Source of the DNA: a virus
Taxonomy: Duplodnaviria > Caudoviricetes
DNA length: 59,857 nucleotides
Virus record (IMG/VR): IMGVR_UViG_3300012347_000101
Span: 1 to 59,857 of that record
Direction: 5' to 3' (one strand)
The notes under the pieces were generated by a model. It was given only the letters and a program-made list of their open reading frames with translations. It had not been told where the DNA came from and did not search any database. A program made the position numbers and the translations under genes. Positions 17,580 through 27,596 of this stretch are shown piece after piece. Every line of letters begins with the position of its first letter. Position 1 is the first letter of the stretch.

Positions 17580-20078
17580 TTAGGGGTTGGGGTTGATACC
17601 GGTGCCAGTGCTGACAGCGATGCGGTCACCGGTGGCGATCTCAGCGGCGGCGAGTCGCATGGCGGTGTCGTTGTCGGCGGTGTTCATAGCCATGCGGGCC
17701 TTGACCTCGATAGCGGTGCGTTGGTCTTCGGCGCTCTGACGCAGCTGTTCGCGCTCGTTTTCGGCCTGCAAACGGGCAGCATCGACCGCTGTTTTCTGCT
17801 GATCGGCCTGAGCGGACTGCTGAATCTTGGCTTTGTCCAGCTCGAGCTTCTGTGCGTCCAACTGAGCGCGCTGTTGTAGGGCTTGGCCCTGCACTTGGGC
17901 GTTGAGTTGAGCAATTTGCATGCTGCTGTCAGGTGGCATTGGCGGTTGAGGCTTGAATTGCTGTGCAGCCTCGTCAATTTGCGCCAATTCTTGTGCAAAA
18001 CCGCCGAGTTGCTTCTCAATTTCTTGCTGAACCTGCAGAATTACCTGAATTTGCGCTTCGGCTTCCTCAGGAATCAGGTTCTTACGCTGTGCGATGTCCA
18101 CGGCCTCATGAGCTTCAACAAGATAGTAGTTGAGCAGGTGATCGCGCAGGTGCATCGCCATGGGGTAGAGGAAAGTTTTGACAATCGCGGGGTTCTGACC
18201 GAACAAAGGCGACTTGAGGAACGCCAAATGGGTCTTCATATGCGCGATGTGCTCCTGACGGGGCAAAACGTACACGGGGCGGCCCATAGCGGCGGCCACG
18301 TTCTCGCTGACGGGGTCGATGTCCTCGCTGGCGGGCTTGGGTTGCAGCACATCGTCGTCGCTGATCTTCAAGTTGCGCAGGAACATCTCCTCCACTTTAC
18401 GTTGATCGTAAAGCTGAGGCACAACGGCGGAGCGTTGCATGAGCGCCTGCACCTGAGCAAAGCGTTGGGCCTCGCTGAAGATGGCAGGATCGCTAACGGG
18501 GACGATGTCCATCGGGCCGTCAAAGTCCGCAGGGCTAATCTCACCACCTGCGTACTGGGCTTGGATGTCTTCCTGAGACAAGTAAGCCGAGTTGATGCGG
18601 TGGATGATCTTGAACGAACGCGACATCGAGCTGTGCAGGCGCGAGTGGATGCTCGAGAACACCACCATACCTTGCTCGATGAGCGCCATCGTAGTGCCTA
18701 CCGGCTGTTGAGCGTTAGCGTCACTGAGTTTCTCAAACGAGGTCTGCACCACACCTTTGCCGGCGTCCACGACAAAGCCGAGGAGCTGGAACAGCGTGGG
18801 TGAGGGGCCGCCGAAGGGCAGGGGCATAGCCAGCTTGCGCACGTCATCAATCAGAGCGCCGCCCTCAAGCTCAGTCACCTCTGTCGGTTGTACGTTCAGG
18901 GTCTGACCTGTGGGGCCGCCCTTCAGCTTCAACAACGTGGGTACGTTTTGAATGTGGGCTGAGTCCAGCAGGGCACGGAGCGCGCCGGTAGCTGCACCGC
19001 TCAAGCCGCCAATCAGGTGGGTGAGGCCGATGGGGTAAGCGCCACGCCAAGGCACAAAGCCGAACTCAACAATCCAGTCCAGTTCGTTCTTGTACAGGTC
19101 TTCCTCTTCCCAGTTACGGTAGAGCGACAAGCCCTGTGAGCTTGACTTGTCAATGCTGAGGATGTAAGGCTCAGGGCCGTCACCGAAGTCCAGATGAGTG
19201 TAGACCTCAAACACGGTGCGCAGACCGTCTTCGTTGTACGCTGAGTCCTTACGACCTTCAATCTTGTCGTTGGCCTTGGTAGCCTTGCTGAACTCGGGCG
19301 CGTCCGGCGCGCCGAGGTTGACGTCGATGTACAAACCGGCCTTAACACGGCGCTTGTACTCAAACTCCGTAATGTACTGCACGTGCGTCTTACGCTCGGC
19401 AGAGTAGAAGTTGGTGGCCGCAAACGGCAGGTACACGTCATCAATCGCGATGAACTCGGACTGCGGACGGCGATGCTGCGGGCTCCACATGTACTTCATG
19501 TACTGTGCGCCACCCAGCGGCAGTTGCGTGCTCAGCTGCTCCAGCTCACCACGGAACTCCACCATCTGCTCGGTGGTCTGCCAGTTCATAAAGTCGGCTT
19601 TGCGCTCGGCGCGCTCTACCTTCTCTTTTTCCTTCTCACCGATGATCTTGCTCTTGACAGGGCCAGACGGTGGGAAGAGTTCCTTCATGACTCGGGCGCT
19701 GAAGTCCACGCATGCCTCAACGAGCATCGGGTGAACGACCTTGTTGGCACCGCTGAATTGCGCACCACCAGGAGCATCGTCACCGAGGCCGGTGCGTCGC
19801 AGCCCTTCCTCGTACAACTTGTCACGCTTCTCACGTGCGTCCTTGTCCTTGCTGATCTTGTCGAGCAGGTCAGAGATGTAAGACTTCAGCTCGTCTTGGG
19901 GGACATCGTCGATGATGTTGGCAAAGTGAGCGGCCTTGGCCTTGTTGTCGTCTTCGCCGCCGGTGCGGATGATCGCGCCACCGTCTTCGGTGTCTTCAAC
20001 GTCAGAGGCGGCCTCGTCGTACTCGACGTTCTCGCCTTGGAGTTGCATTTTCAGATCATCGTTTCGTTGTTCAGGCAT
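17580..20078 (-). CDS. Portal protein with long C-terminal barrel (P22-like)
   Basis: VVHPMLVEA...ELFP..GPVK, PVGTTMALIEQG, DIVPVSDP motifs; Gln-rich C-terminal coil. Confidence 0.85.
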   Translation of the reverse strand: MPEQRNDDLKMQLQGENVEYDEAASDVEDTEDGGAIIRTGGEDDNKAKAAHFANIIDDVPQDELKSYISDLLDKISKDKDAREKRDKLYEEGLRRTGLGDDAPGGAQFSGANKVVHPMLVEACVDFSARVMKELFPPSGPVKSKIIGEKEKEKVERAERKADFMNWQTTEQMVEFRGELEQLSTQLPLGGAQYMKYMWSPQHRRPQSEFIAIDDVYLPFAATNFYSAERKTHVQYITEFEYKRRVKAGLYIDVNLGAPDAPEFSKATKANDKIEGRKDSAYNEDGLRTVFEVYTHLDFGDGPEPYILSIDKSSSQGLSLYRNWEEEDLYKNELDWIVEFGFVPWRGAYPIGLTHLIGGLSGAATGALRALLDSAHIQNVPTLLKLKGGPTGQTLNVQPTEVTELEGGALIDDVRKLAMPLPFGGPSPTLFQLLGFVVDAGKGVVQTSFEKLSDANAQQPVGTTMALIEQGMVVFSSIHSRLHSSMSRSFKIIHRINSAYLSQEDIQAQYAGGEISPADFDGPMDIVPVSDPAIFSEAQRFAQVQALMQRSAVVPQLYDQRKVEEMFLRNLKISDDDVLQPKPASEDIDPVSENVAAAMGRPVYVLPRQEHIAHMKTHLAFLKSPLFGQNPAIVKTFLYPMAMHLRDHLLNYYLVEAHEAVDIAQRKNLIPEEAEAQIQVILQVQQEIEKQLGGFAQELAQIDEAAQQFKPQPPMPPDSSMQIAQLNAQVQGQALQQRAQLDAQKLELDKAKIQQSAQADQQKTAVDAARLQAENEREQLRQSAEDQRTAIEVKARMAMNTADNDTAMRLAAAEIATGDRIAVSTGTGINPNP

Positions 20079-22053
20079 TGAGTTCCTCGCGCAGCGCATT
20101 CACCAGACTGGAAATTTTAGCTGGATTGTATTCAACCAGTCCGCCTTCAGCGTAACCGTGTTCTGGTTCTGGCGTTTCATGCTGGCCTGACATCACGTTA
20201 CCGATGATGTAGTCGACCTCAAGCGGGCTGTACTCGGCGTGGCCGACTAGGCCGCCTTCAGCGAAGCCTTTAGCCTTGTTCAATGCATTCAGCGCGCTGT
20301 TTATCTCTTCAGCCGTCCCATACTCAGGAGCCTCTACACCATGTTGTTTCATCTCTTGAATCAACTCTGGAGTCCAATTGCTACGCTGCATACGAGCGTT
20401 GCTCAGGTCGCCAACTTCACCCCACTTACCAGAGCGCACAAAGTCCTGCACGAACGGTAGGTATTCTTCCTTGGGAGCCTTGTTGGCTTTACCTTTGATC
20501 TGAACTATCTTTTCAGGAACTTGAGACGAAGCCGCTTCATACGCTGCTGAAGTTTCAGGATGGTATTCCTGCAACCACTCAGACAACGACTTACCTGCTC
20601 CGCTCTCATCCGTGAAGTATTTGCTAAACAGCTTCGGATCATGCTTCTGCAACCAGAGCTGACCTTCAAAACTTTGGGGAGAAGTCTCAACCGTCACATG
20701 AGGCTCGCCGGTCTTCTTGTTGCGTAGGCTGAAGATTCGCGACTTACCCTCAAGCACGTCTGGGCAGTAACCGCCGACGCAGTGGCCCATGGTCTCGCCT
20801 TCGTACTTGAGGGCGTCTTCAAGGGCTGCGTGGCGAGGATCTCTGTTGACTTCTTGCAGTTTACCCTCAGAGTCCACCCACTGTTCTTTACCGAAGCGGT
20901 CGGTCGTAGTTGTCCAACCTTCAGGCAGGTCATCAGGCTTCTTCAACTCCACCCACTTGTACGGGGCGTCCTCGTAGTCTTTATGCGTGAACGCCGCAGC
21001 GTTGTTGGCGCGAGCCTGATCAGCTGCGACTTTCTGCGCCGCTCTCCAGTCGTTAATCGCAGCCACACGCTCAACCGCCTGAGGCACTGTCACTTTGTCA
21101 AGATCTTGGTACTTCCAACGCAGGTTAGCGGGCAGGCCGCTCTCAGGGTTCACGGTGTTGCGGAGTTCGTCAATCAGATGATTGAAGCCGAGGTCATCTC
21201 CTAAGTCTCGCGGGTTACCAACCCCGTAAACTGAAGTTTCCGGAGGAACCTTAGCCAACCACGGGTTTTCTCTCACTTCTCTTGGGTAGTCTACCAGCTT
21301 ACCGGCGAGGTTAGGCTCAACAGACAAGTCTGAGGCTGTTTCCCACTGCTTAGCTAACTCGGATCGCCCTAAGCCTTGGCCGGCAAAGCCTTCCATCTCA
21401 CGGATATGTCTCAAATCATCGGTCTTACTCGGCCCGTATGTCCTAGGTTCAGCATGCAACACGCCCCGCTCAGCCAGCGCCCGCAAAGGATCCTCAGGGG
21501 TGCCCATCTCGTTCTTGATGTACTTGCTGAGCTTGGTGTCGAGCCACTTGTTGACAACGGCGTTAGGATCTGATTTCAAATACTCAGCCCACTGCTCATC
21601 AGAAGCTATGTCCGGCTTTGAAGTAACCCGCGACTTCATCGGCTCAACGGCCTTCTCAACCGAGCCGGCAAGCCAGTTACCACCCTTGGGCTTGATGACG
21701 TGCGGAACGCCGGCAGCCGAGGCGTGAGCAAAGTCCTTGGCGGCCTGAGTCACAGCGAACTTGGCGGCACGGGGTACACGGGCCAAAGCTGGCGCAGCAA
21801 ACATCATCGCGTCTGCCGTGTCGTCTTGAAGCATAGGCACGTTGGCCTTGCCGATGTTCGTTACCGGCTCGCCGTAGCTCATGCGCTCAACAGTACGGGC
21901 CGTGGCCGGTAGGCCGAGCGCCTCACTTAGCAAACGGGCCGGTGGGTTAGAGTAGCCGAAAGGCTTGCTGGCGAACTCGTGGGTGCCTTGCAGCAGACGG
22001 GCTAACTGCGCCAACGCAGGGGACTGAGGGGTTGCTCTCAGGTTATCGGCCAC
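20071..22053 (-). CDS. Large protein with a PcfJ-like domain and C-terminal AEGGLV motifs
   Basis: L.YEGETMGHCVGGY...IFSLR...PHVTVE...QIKGKAN; AAGGAG before GTG 22053. Confidence 0.65.
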   Translation of the reverse strand: MADNLRATPQSPALAQLARLLQGTHEFASKPFGYSNPPARLLSEALGLPATARTVERMSYGEPVTNIGKANVPMLQDDTADAMMFAAPALARVPRAAKFAVTQAAKDFAHASAAGVPHVIKPKGGNWLAGSVEKAVEPMKSRVTSKPDIASDEQWAEYLKSDPNAVVNKWLDTKLSKYIKNEMGTPEDPLRALAERGVLHAEPRTYGPSKTDDLRHIREMEGFAGQGLGRSELAKQWETASDLSVEPNLAGKLVDYPREVRENPWLAKVPPETSVYGVGNPRDLGDDLGFNHLIDELRNTVNPESGLPANLRWKYQDLDKVTVPQAVERVAAINDWRAAQKVAADQARANNAAAFTHKDYEDAPYKWVELKKPDDLPEGWTTTTDRFGKEQWVDSEGKLQEVNRDPRHAALEDALKYEGETMGHCVGGYCPDVLEGKSRIFSLRNKKTGEPHVTVETSPQSFEGQLWLQKHDPKLFSKYFTDESGAGKSLSEWLQEYHPETSAAYEAASSQVPEKIVQIKGKANKAPKEEYLPFVQDFVRSGKWGEVGDLSNARMQRSNWTPELIQEMKQHGVEAPEYGTAEEINSALNALNKAKGFAEGGLVGHAEYSPLEVDYIIGNVMSGQHETPEPEHGYAEGGLVEYNPAKISSLVNALREELNA

Positions 22054-22483
22054 AAGCACACTCCTTGTACTGGACGAGACCGCCCACGGCTTTGTTGATC
22101 CACGGTAGACCTTTGGTCTGCTTTGTCTTTGCCTGCTCAGCGAGCTGGGCGGCTAGCGTTTCTAACTCTTCTTGAGACTTTGCACGCTGTGCTAGGGCAA
22201 CCCCTAGGGCGTTGTTGTGCAAGTCCTGAGCGTAGTCTGAAGGCATCTGACCCACACCGAAGGCGGTCTTGAGCGCAGCCAGCGGAGACTCTTTGTACTC
22301 ATGCCAACGACCCAACCGCTCGGCCCACTCGGGGCCGTACTTGCGGGCGAGGGTTCCGGCAGCCAACATGTGACGCAGTGCGTCCTGTTGAGTGTCCTGC
22401 CCCAACTGGCCAGGATAAAACTCATACGCCGTCTGGCGCGAGTAGTTGGGTACGGAAATGAGCAGGGGTGCGTCAGAAGCCAT
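22043..22483 (-). CDS. DUF6973-like protein
   Basis: DALRH...HE...DLHNNALG motif set. Confidence 0.55.
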   Translation of the reverse strand: MASDAPLLISVPNYSRQTAYEFYPGQLGQDTQQDALRHMLAAGTLARKYGPEWAERLGRWHEYKESPLAALKTAFGVGQMPSDYAQDLHNNALGVALAQRAKSQEELETLAAQLAEQAKTKQTKGLPWINKAVGGLVQYKECACGR

Positions 22484-22486
22484 AGG

Positions 22487-22660
22487 TTACTTCGATTTGC
22501 GTGCGGCGCGCATGTTGTCAACGAGGTTGGGGTAAGGGCGACCGGCCTTCTCAGCCGCAGCCTTAGCAGAGCCCTTGGCGCTCGGGCTCAAGGACTTGCT
22601 CTCACCGAGAGACTTGGGGCGGGCTTTGTCCCAGACGGGCTTGGCGGGTTTAGGCGGCAT
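22487..22660 (-). CDS. 57-aa basic protein (not in the ORF track)
   Basis: MPPKPAKPVWDKARP...AGRPYPNLVDNMRAARKSK; fills the gap between terL and the next gene. Confidence 0.65.
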   Translation of the reverse strand: MPPKPAKPVWDKARPKSLGESKSLSPSAKGSAKAAAEKAGRPYPNLVDNMRAARKSK

Positions 22661-24221
22661 AGGGGTTCACTCGTTCCTTCTTGGGTCGATGGTCAGCTTC
22701 CATGTCCTTTGCTCGTGGCAACTCGAACCATCCTTCGTTCTTCAAGAAGATGATGACCTGCGTGAACGTGTCCACGTAGTCATCGTGCTCGGCCACTGGG
22801 AACTTGGTCAGCTGCTTGAGGAACGGGGCCGCCCAACTCACGGGGTGTCCTGGGTTCTTAGCCGACTCGGGTATCCAGATGATGCCAAGCTCGAGGGTCG
22901 GTGAGGCCTGATGAGCGCGGGCAATCTTGTCTGCGTTTCCAGGATTGTACCCCACCGCTGGCACATTCGCCAAGCGCAAGTCTTGCAGCAATGATTGACC
23001 GCTGGCTTTTGCTTCAACTAGGACACGGTCGGGACGCTTGGGCCGTGACCATGCGTGCTTCTTGTCGGCCCCGCCGTACTCGCTCCCCCACTCGCTGATA
23101 GCGCGCTTGCGCAGCTCGGGGTAGCTCAGGTGCTCGTCCCATGCATCAAGCAACAGCAGGTTGCGTACGCCTTTGTGCGTGAATACGCCATAGGCCGTGA
23201 ATGCCGTGGGGTCGTTCTGGGTCTTCTCGCTGAAGGCGCAGTCGTAGGACTGGATGACGTACTCAAACTGAGGCAGGCCGTTAGCGACCGGCCACAGGCC
23301 GAAGCACTTGGTGTTCAGGATACCACCCTCGGTCGGTGTGGGGTCTTGCTGCAGCTGGCCGCTGGAGCCGTAAGTGCCTAGGAGCTGCTTCAGCTTCTTG
23401 ATCTCCTCCGGCCCGAAGCGTTCAGGACAGATGAGTTCCCCCACTACCTTGCGCGGGTCGTAGGTGCCCATGCTGGTCTTGCGGGTCACGCCGTCCCACT
23501 CAGCAGGGATGCAGATATGCTCCCACCCGCCAATGTCGTGCAGGATGTGACCGCTGACGTCCTTCTCGTGTAGGCGTTGCATGACGGTGACCATTGCATC
23601 GGTCTTGGGGTTGTTCAGGCGGGTTGACCACACCATGTCAAACCACTCAAGGTCGGACTCACGCACTGCGTCTGACTGCGCGGCCTGAGCGCCGTGAGGA
23701 TCGTCAAGGATGAGGCGCGAGCCACCTTCACCCGTGGCCGTACCGCCGACTGACGTGGCGAGCCGGTAGCCGGTCTTGTCGTTCTCAAAGCGTTGCTTGG
23801 CGTTCTGGTCACCCGCGAAGGCAAACATGTGGCCCCAACGCTCTTGATACCACGGCGACTGTATGAGTCGTCGGGTCTTCAAGTTGTCACGGGTTGACAG
23901 CACACCTGAGTACGAGGCACACAGGAACTTCTCCTCCGGCTTCGCTATCCACTCCCACGCAGGCCACATCACCGACACGATTGTCGACTTTGAGTGCCGT
24001 GGCGGGATGTTGATGAGCAGACGGGTTATCTCCCCCGCGCTCACGGCCTCAAGGTGCTCGCAGATCTGCTCAATGTGCCAGCTGCCAATGAACGGGATTC
24101 CTGGCTCAACCACGTGCCATGACTGCTTGACGAACTCGTACAGGGAAGCGCCCGCCCTGCGGCGGAGCTGCTCCTTCTCGATCATCTCGAGCATGACTAC
24201 GGGGCTGAGGGGTGCGTTCAT
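22650..24221 (-). CDS. terL: Terminase large subunit
   Basis: Walker A INIPPRHSKST, Walker B LILDDPH, nuclease SYDCAF and HDDYVD. Confidence 0.95.
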   Translation of the reverse strand: MNAPLSPVVMLEMIEKEQLRRRAGASLYEFVKQSWHVVEPGIPFIGSWHIEQICEHLEAVSAGEITRLLINIPPRHSKSTIVSVMWPAWEWIAKPEEKFLCASYSGVLSTRDNLKTRRLIQSPWYQERWGHMFAFAGDQNAKQRFENDKTGYRLATSVGGTATGEGGSRLILDDPHGAQAAQSDAVRESDLEWFDMVWSTRLNNPKTDAMVTVMQRLHEKDVSGHILHDIGGWEHICIPAEWDGVTRKTSMGTYDPRKVVGELICPERFGPEEIKKLKQLLGTYGSSGQLQQDPTPTEGGILNTKCFGLWPVANGLPQFEYVIQSYDCAFSEKTQNDPTAFTAYGVFTHKGVRNLLLLDAWDEHLSYPELRKRAISEWGSEYGGADKKHAWSRPKRPDRVLVEAKASGQSLLQDLRLANVPAVGYNPGNADKIARAHQASPTLELGIIWIPESAKNPGHPVSWAAPFLKQLTKFPVAEHDDYVDTFTQVIIFLKNEGWFELPRAKDMEADHRPKKERVNPYAA

Positions 24222-24478
24222 TGGAACATCTTACTCTTCATGTCCGGCGGTAGGCGCGGAGTGGCCTTGCCCCCGCTCACGCCCTCAAGCGCGATACGGC
24301 AGAGCACTGCGGTCTGAGCAGCCTCAAGCGTGGTGTAACGCAACTTGGTGGTGTCCACCTTGTACGTGTCATCGGCGGTGCTGTGACGGATCTCATCCAT
24401 GACCGCGCCGTCATCACCCTCAAGGAGCCAGAGCCCCATCTTACGGTTAAGCCACTTCATGTGCATCTCCAAATCCAA
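24218..24478 (-). CDS. Hypothetical protein
   Basis: ATGA overlap with terL. Confidence 0.5.
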   Translation of the reverse strand: MDLEMHMKWLNRKMGLWLLEGDDGAVMDEIRHSTADDTYKVDTTKLRYTTLEAAQTAVLCRIALEGVSGGKATPRLPPDMKSKMFQ

Positions 24479-24524
24479 AACAAAGCGATGATCGTTACGC
24501 AGATCATTTGAATGTCGTCTGAGT

Positions 24525-24728
24525 TCATGCTCGCCACTCCTGCGTCACGCTACACCAATACACACCTTCGGACTCAGTGATGACGTGCCCAGCGACAACG
24601 TCCTCCACTTGACCGCCAAGACGGTAGAAGCTATCATCACGGAAACTCATCAGGTAGTCTTTCTCATCAAGCACCACGGTCAGCTCGCGCTTACCTTGGC
24701 GGTTGATCTTCTGTTTGATGACCTTCAT
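24525..24728 (-). CDS. Hypothetical protein
   Basis: GGAGG RBS, ATGA overlap. Confidence 0.6.
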   Translation of the reverse strand: MKVIKQKINRQGKRELTVVLDEKDYLMSFRDDSFYRLGGQVEDVVAGHVITESEGVYWCSVTQEWRA

Positions 24729-24934
24729 GCTTTCCTCCTTGCGCGGATAGCGGTTTCAATCGGGCCATTGTCGTCAGGCTCCATGTTCCAAGCCACCTTC
24801 GCACACGCCTCGTTCTCCTCATCGAGCAGCAATGTAGCAAACGCTTCCAGCTTGTGCATCGGCACCTGTGTACCGTGTGAGCCCATGATACCGGCCCGAA
24901 CCGCGATGCGGCGGATTTGTTCTGGGTCGTTCAT
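24725..24934 (-). CDS. Hypothetical protein
   Basis: LEAFA.L...ENEACAKV...AIRAR pattern; overlaps both neighbours. Confidence 0.6.
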   Translation of the reverse strand: MNDPEQIRRIAVRAGIMGSHGTQVPMHKLEAFATLLLDEENEACAKVAWNMEPDDNGPIETAIRARRKA

Positions 24935-25533
24935 TTCGCCTCTCCCGCTTTGCTCATCAGTTTTTGCATCTGCGCCAGCTCATCATCACTGAGCCCCTTC
25001 AGGTTCACGGCAGCCATCTGAATCGGGCCACCATCAGCGCCCGTGTGTTCCTGCGTCACCTTGTCGCCGTACACCTTGGGCAGCATCTTGCTGAGTACCC
25101 ACTTCTTGGTGTCGATCTGCAACCGGCGTAGCGCCACCACGTCAGGGCTCAGGGTGACCAGCGCCTTCTCCAGCAGGGGCTCACCGGCTGAGTCGTACAT
25201 CAGGTTGCCGGTGGCGTCACGCTTGTGCACCATGACCACTTCATGGGTGCGGTGCGCGAGTTCATTGATCTCCTCTGCGAGCAGGGCATACCCCCTCGCG
25301 CGCGCATGCGTGTACTGCTCCTTGAGGGAGGGGTCTCTCTCCACCCAGCCCAAGAACGTACTAGCCGAGGGCGCACCCTGCACGGCCTCACATGCTTGAT
25401 AAAGCGACAGCCCGCGCTCAAGCTCCGTACACACCTGAGCCGCCAACACGTCCTTTGCCGCCTTCGGTACAATGGTGCGGGTCTTTTTGACAGCGGGCGT
25501 TGCAGCCAGCTTCGTTTTTGTTTCTTTGGTCAT
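24931..25533 (-). CDS. terS: Terminase small subunit (Sf6-like)
   Basis: HTH-like N-terminus, YTHAR, RLQIDTKKWVLSKMLPKVYGDK, EHTGADGGPI. Confidence 0.9.
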   Translation of the reverse strand: MTKETKTKLAATPAVKKTRTIVPKAAKDVLAAQVCTELERGLSLYQACEAVQGAPSASTFLGWVERDPSLKEQYTHARARGYALLAEEINELAHRTHEVVMVHKRDATGNLMYDSAGEPLLEKALVTLSPDVVALRRLQIDTKKWVLSKMLPKVYGDKVTQEHTGADGGPIQMAAVNLKGLSDDELAQMQKLMSKAGEAK

Positions 25534-25570
25534 GCTGAGAATTTTACACCTGTTTTTGAATTCTTGAGGT

Positions 25571-25830
25571 TAATCGTTCGGCTCTTCGAGAGGGGTAACC
25601 GAACGAACGATTAAAACCTAATAACCGTGAGGGTTCCAGAGGGGGTTGAAAAGTGACCGAACGATTAACCGAACGATTACCCGTTTGAACCATTCAGATC
25701 GACTACGGAGAGAGGCTGAAGCGCCCTCTCCTCCGTCCATCGAATCGTTTTTGGGTATGGCAAAACACCAATCGTTCGTTCGGCCTGATCGTTCGAACCA
25801 TTACCCGAACCATTACCCACACGATTAAAA
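25571..25830. repeat. Iteron-like cluster of CCGAACGATTA direct and inverted repeats around a central hairpin
   Basis: Direct copies 25657, 25669; variants 25599, ~25795, ~25806; inverted copies 25571, 25770; hairpin ACGGAGAGAGG/CCTCTC-CTCCGT. Confidence 0.75.
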
Positions 25831-25832
25831 CT

Positions 25833-27036
25833 TTAGTGGCCACCCCCTAACGCCGACTGACTGGTTTTCATCTTTTCAAAGCTGTCCACCAGTTGACGCA
25901 ACTGGCTCAAGGTGTACTCCCCCTCAGGCAACCACAACCATGGCTCAGGGTTGTGGTCACGTTGGTGCTTCTGAGCACGAGAGATGGCCTCGAATGCTTC
26001 GTTTTCTTCTGGAGTGGGGTTGGTGTCGGTGGTCATTATTTGTTCCTTAAAAGTGCGGCTCGGTCAAGGTTGCGGACGGTTTGTTCAAGCTGTCTTATGC
26101 GGGCTTGCAGTTCGCTTATCTGAGTCGCTTGGGCTTTGATTATTGCCTCCGGACTGCGGTGCGGAACCGTGAGCCCGATGGGTTTCCTGTTGTTCATGTT
26201 GTGCTTTCTTACCCCAGATGAGGTCATAGTTGGAGCTGTAGCTCTCGTAATTGGTAGGACGGCGTCCGTCGCCTTTACCGGCTTCACGTGCCATGGTGTT
26301 TCTCCTTGAGGGCTTTAATCTGGTCATCCCAGCGTAACGCCGTCCGGCCTCTCCACTTCTCTAGCTTCTGCGCTAGGAAGTTCTCGTTACCTTTGAACAA
26401 CCGTGTGTTCAGCGCCATACTCGCCACAACTTCCATGTCAGCGGCTTGCTCACAGGCTTTGTGCATCTTCTGCTCACACCCACCAATCGCGGAGTTGATA
26501 ATGCTGCGCATCATGTTCGGGTCTTGGCTTCTGCTCGCGACTTCGCTCAAGAACTTTAAGTCTTCCGGTGTCATTTTGGCTCCCTCAGTAATTTAGGCAA
26601 CGGTGCCCAGTGTGTATAGAATGTCTCTTTGCCTTGGTACGTGCCGTACATTGCCACCCCGCCTTGCCCGAGCAGTTGAACCTTAGCCCCGCGCGGACAG
26701 GTGCTGATGGGCTGCCAGAAGTAGTTATGGTCTACCGCCGCCGCCCCTGTGCTGTCAAGCTGAGTGGTCATTTCTCGCTCCTAGCTGCCGCAAAAATAGT
26801 GTGGCCACAACGGGCGCAGCACCACCAGTAGTCCTTAGGGTTGCGGTACTTGATGCCGAACAGGGTCGGCTCGTAACGATGTTTGCAGGTCATGTGTTTT
26901 CCAATTTCTTCATCATCTTTTGAGCAGCTTCTGACTCTAGGCAGACAAGCTCCAAAATTTCGTACAACTCGACGCATCTGTTTTGCCAAGCAATAGCGTT
27001 GTGAAGCGCCTTTAAAAACAACTCACGGTCTGTCAT
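25833..27036 (-). other. Run of seven small hypothetical genes (25833-26036, 26036-26197, 26085-26294, 26284-26574, 26571-26771, 26768-26893, 26890-27036)
   Basis: Mostly chained start/stop overlaps; 26571-26771 has a DUF551-like WQPI..CP...THWAPLP; 26085-26294 has GKGD..RP. Confidence 0.55.
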
Positions 27037-27596
27037 GTGTTCTTCTCCTTGAGTTCGGCTTCAATAGCTTTTGCTAAGTCCAAAGTTGCGCTAACCGTAG
27101 CTTGTCCCCACCCGTTAAAGACTGCAAGTTCAACGCGTCTTTCATCCGTCAGCCCAACCCATGTGCGTTGTTGTGGTGTGGTGTAGAGAGGGACTGTGTA
27201 ATAGTCAGTCCAATTAGGAATTAAGCCGACATCCTCAGCCGAAGTAAAACTGTCCATGGTTGGCCACATATACGCCACAGGCTCTTGCTTGGGCTGTGCT
27301 ACTAATTGAGCTTGTAATTCTGCAATTTGTCTTTCCTGAATGTGTGTTTTTTGAATCAACACTTGGCATAAATCATCGGTATGTTTATCTACCTTTGGTT
27401 GTTGTGGTGTGGTGTAGTAAGCCGTAGGTAGCTCATTGTTTGGGCCACCTGCTGCCCACGGGGTGTAGCAAATATGGACGCAACAATCGTTTTTATCCAT
27501 GAATCCATGAAAAGCAGGCTCACCGTACCCTTGCTTAGCGCTACCGTCAGTAACGCCGGTTGCTACTTGCTTTTGTTGTTCTTGCCAGTTACTCAT
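27033..27596 (-). CDS. Hypothetical protein with duplicated EPxA...YTTPQQ modules
   Basis: Two modules plus WVGLTDE...AIEAELKEKN tail; locally AT-rich. Confidence 0.65.
   Translation of the reverse strand: MSNWQEQQKQVATGVTDGSAKQGYGEPAFHGFMDKNDCCVHICYTPWAAGGPNNELPTAYYTTPQQPKVDKHTDDLCQVLIQKTHIQERQIAELQAQLVAQPKQEPVAYMWPTMDSFTSAEDVGLIPNWTDYYTVPLYTTPQQRTWVGLTDERRVELAVFNGWGQATVSATLDLAKAIEAELKEKNT

Noticed and set aside
16042-20190. Long antisense ORFs (16042-17010, 17883-18803, 19383-20081; likewise 42076-42807, 44965-45657, 51210-51947)
   Set aside because: Shadow frames of codon-biased real genes, with no recognisable motifs
25571-25830. Mini CRISPR array, or the 60-aa ORF 25646-25828
   Set aside because: Repeats are about 11 bp, in both orientations and irregularly spaced; the ORF is a translation of the repeats on the strand opposite all neighbours
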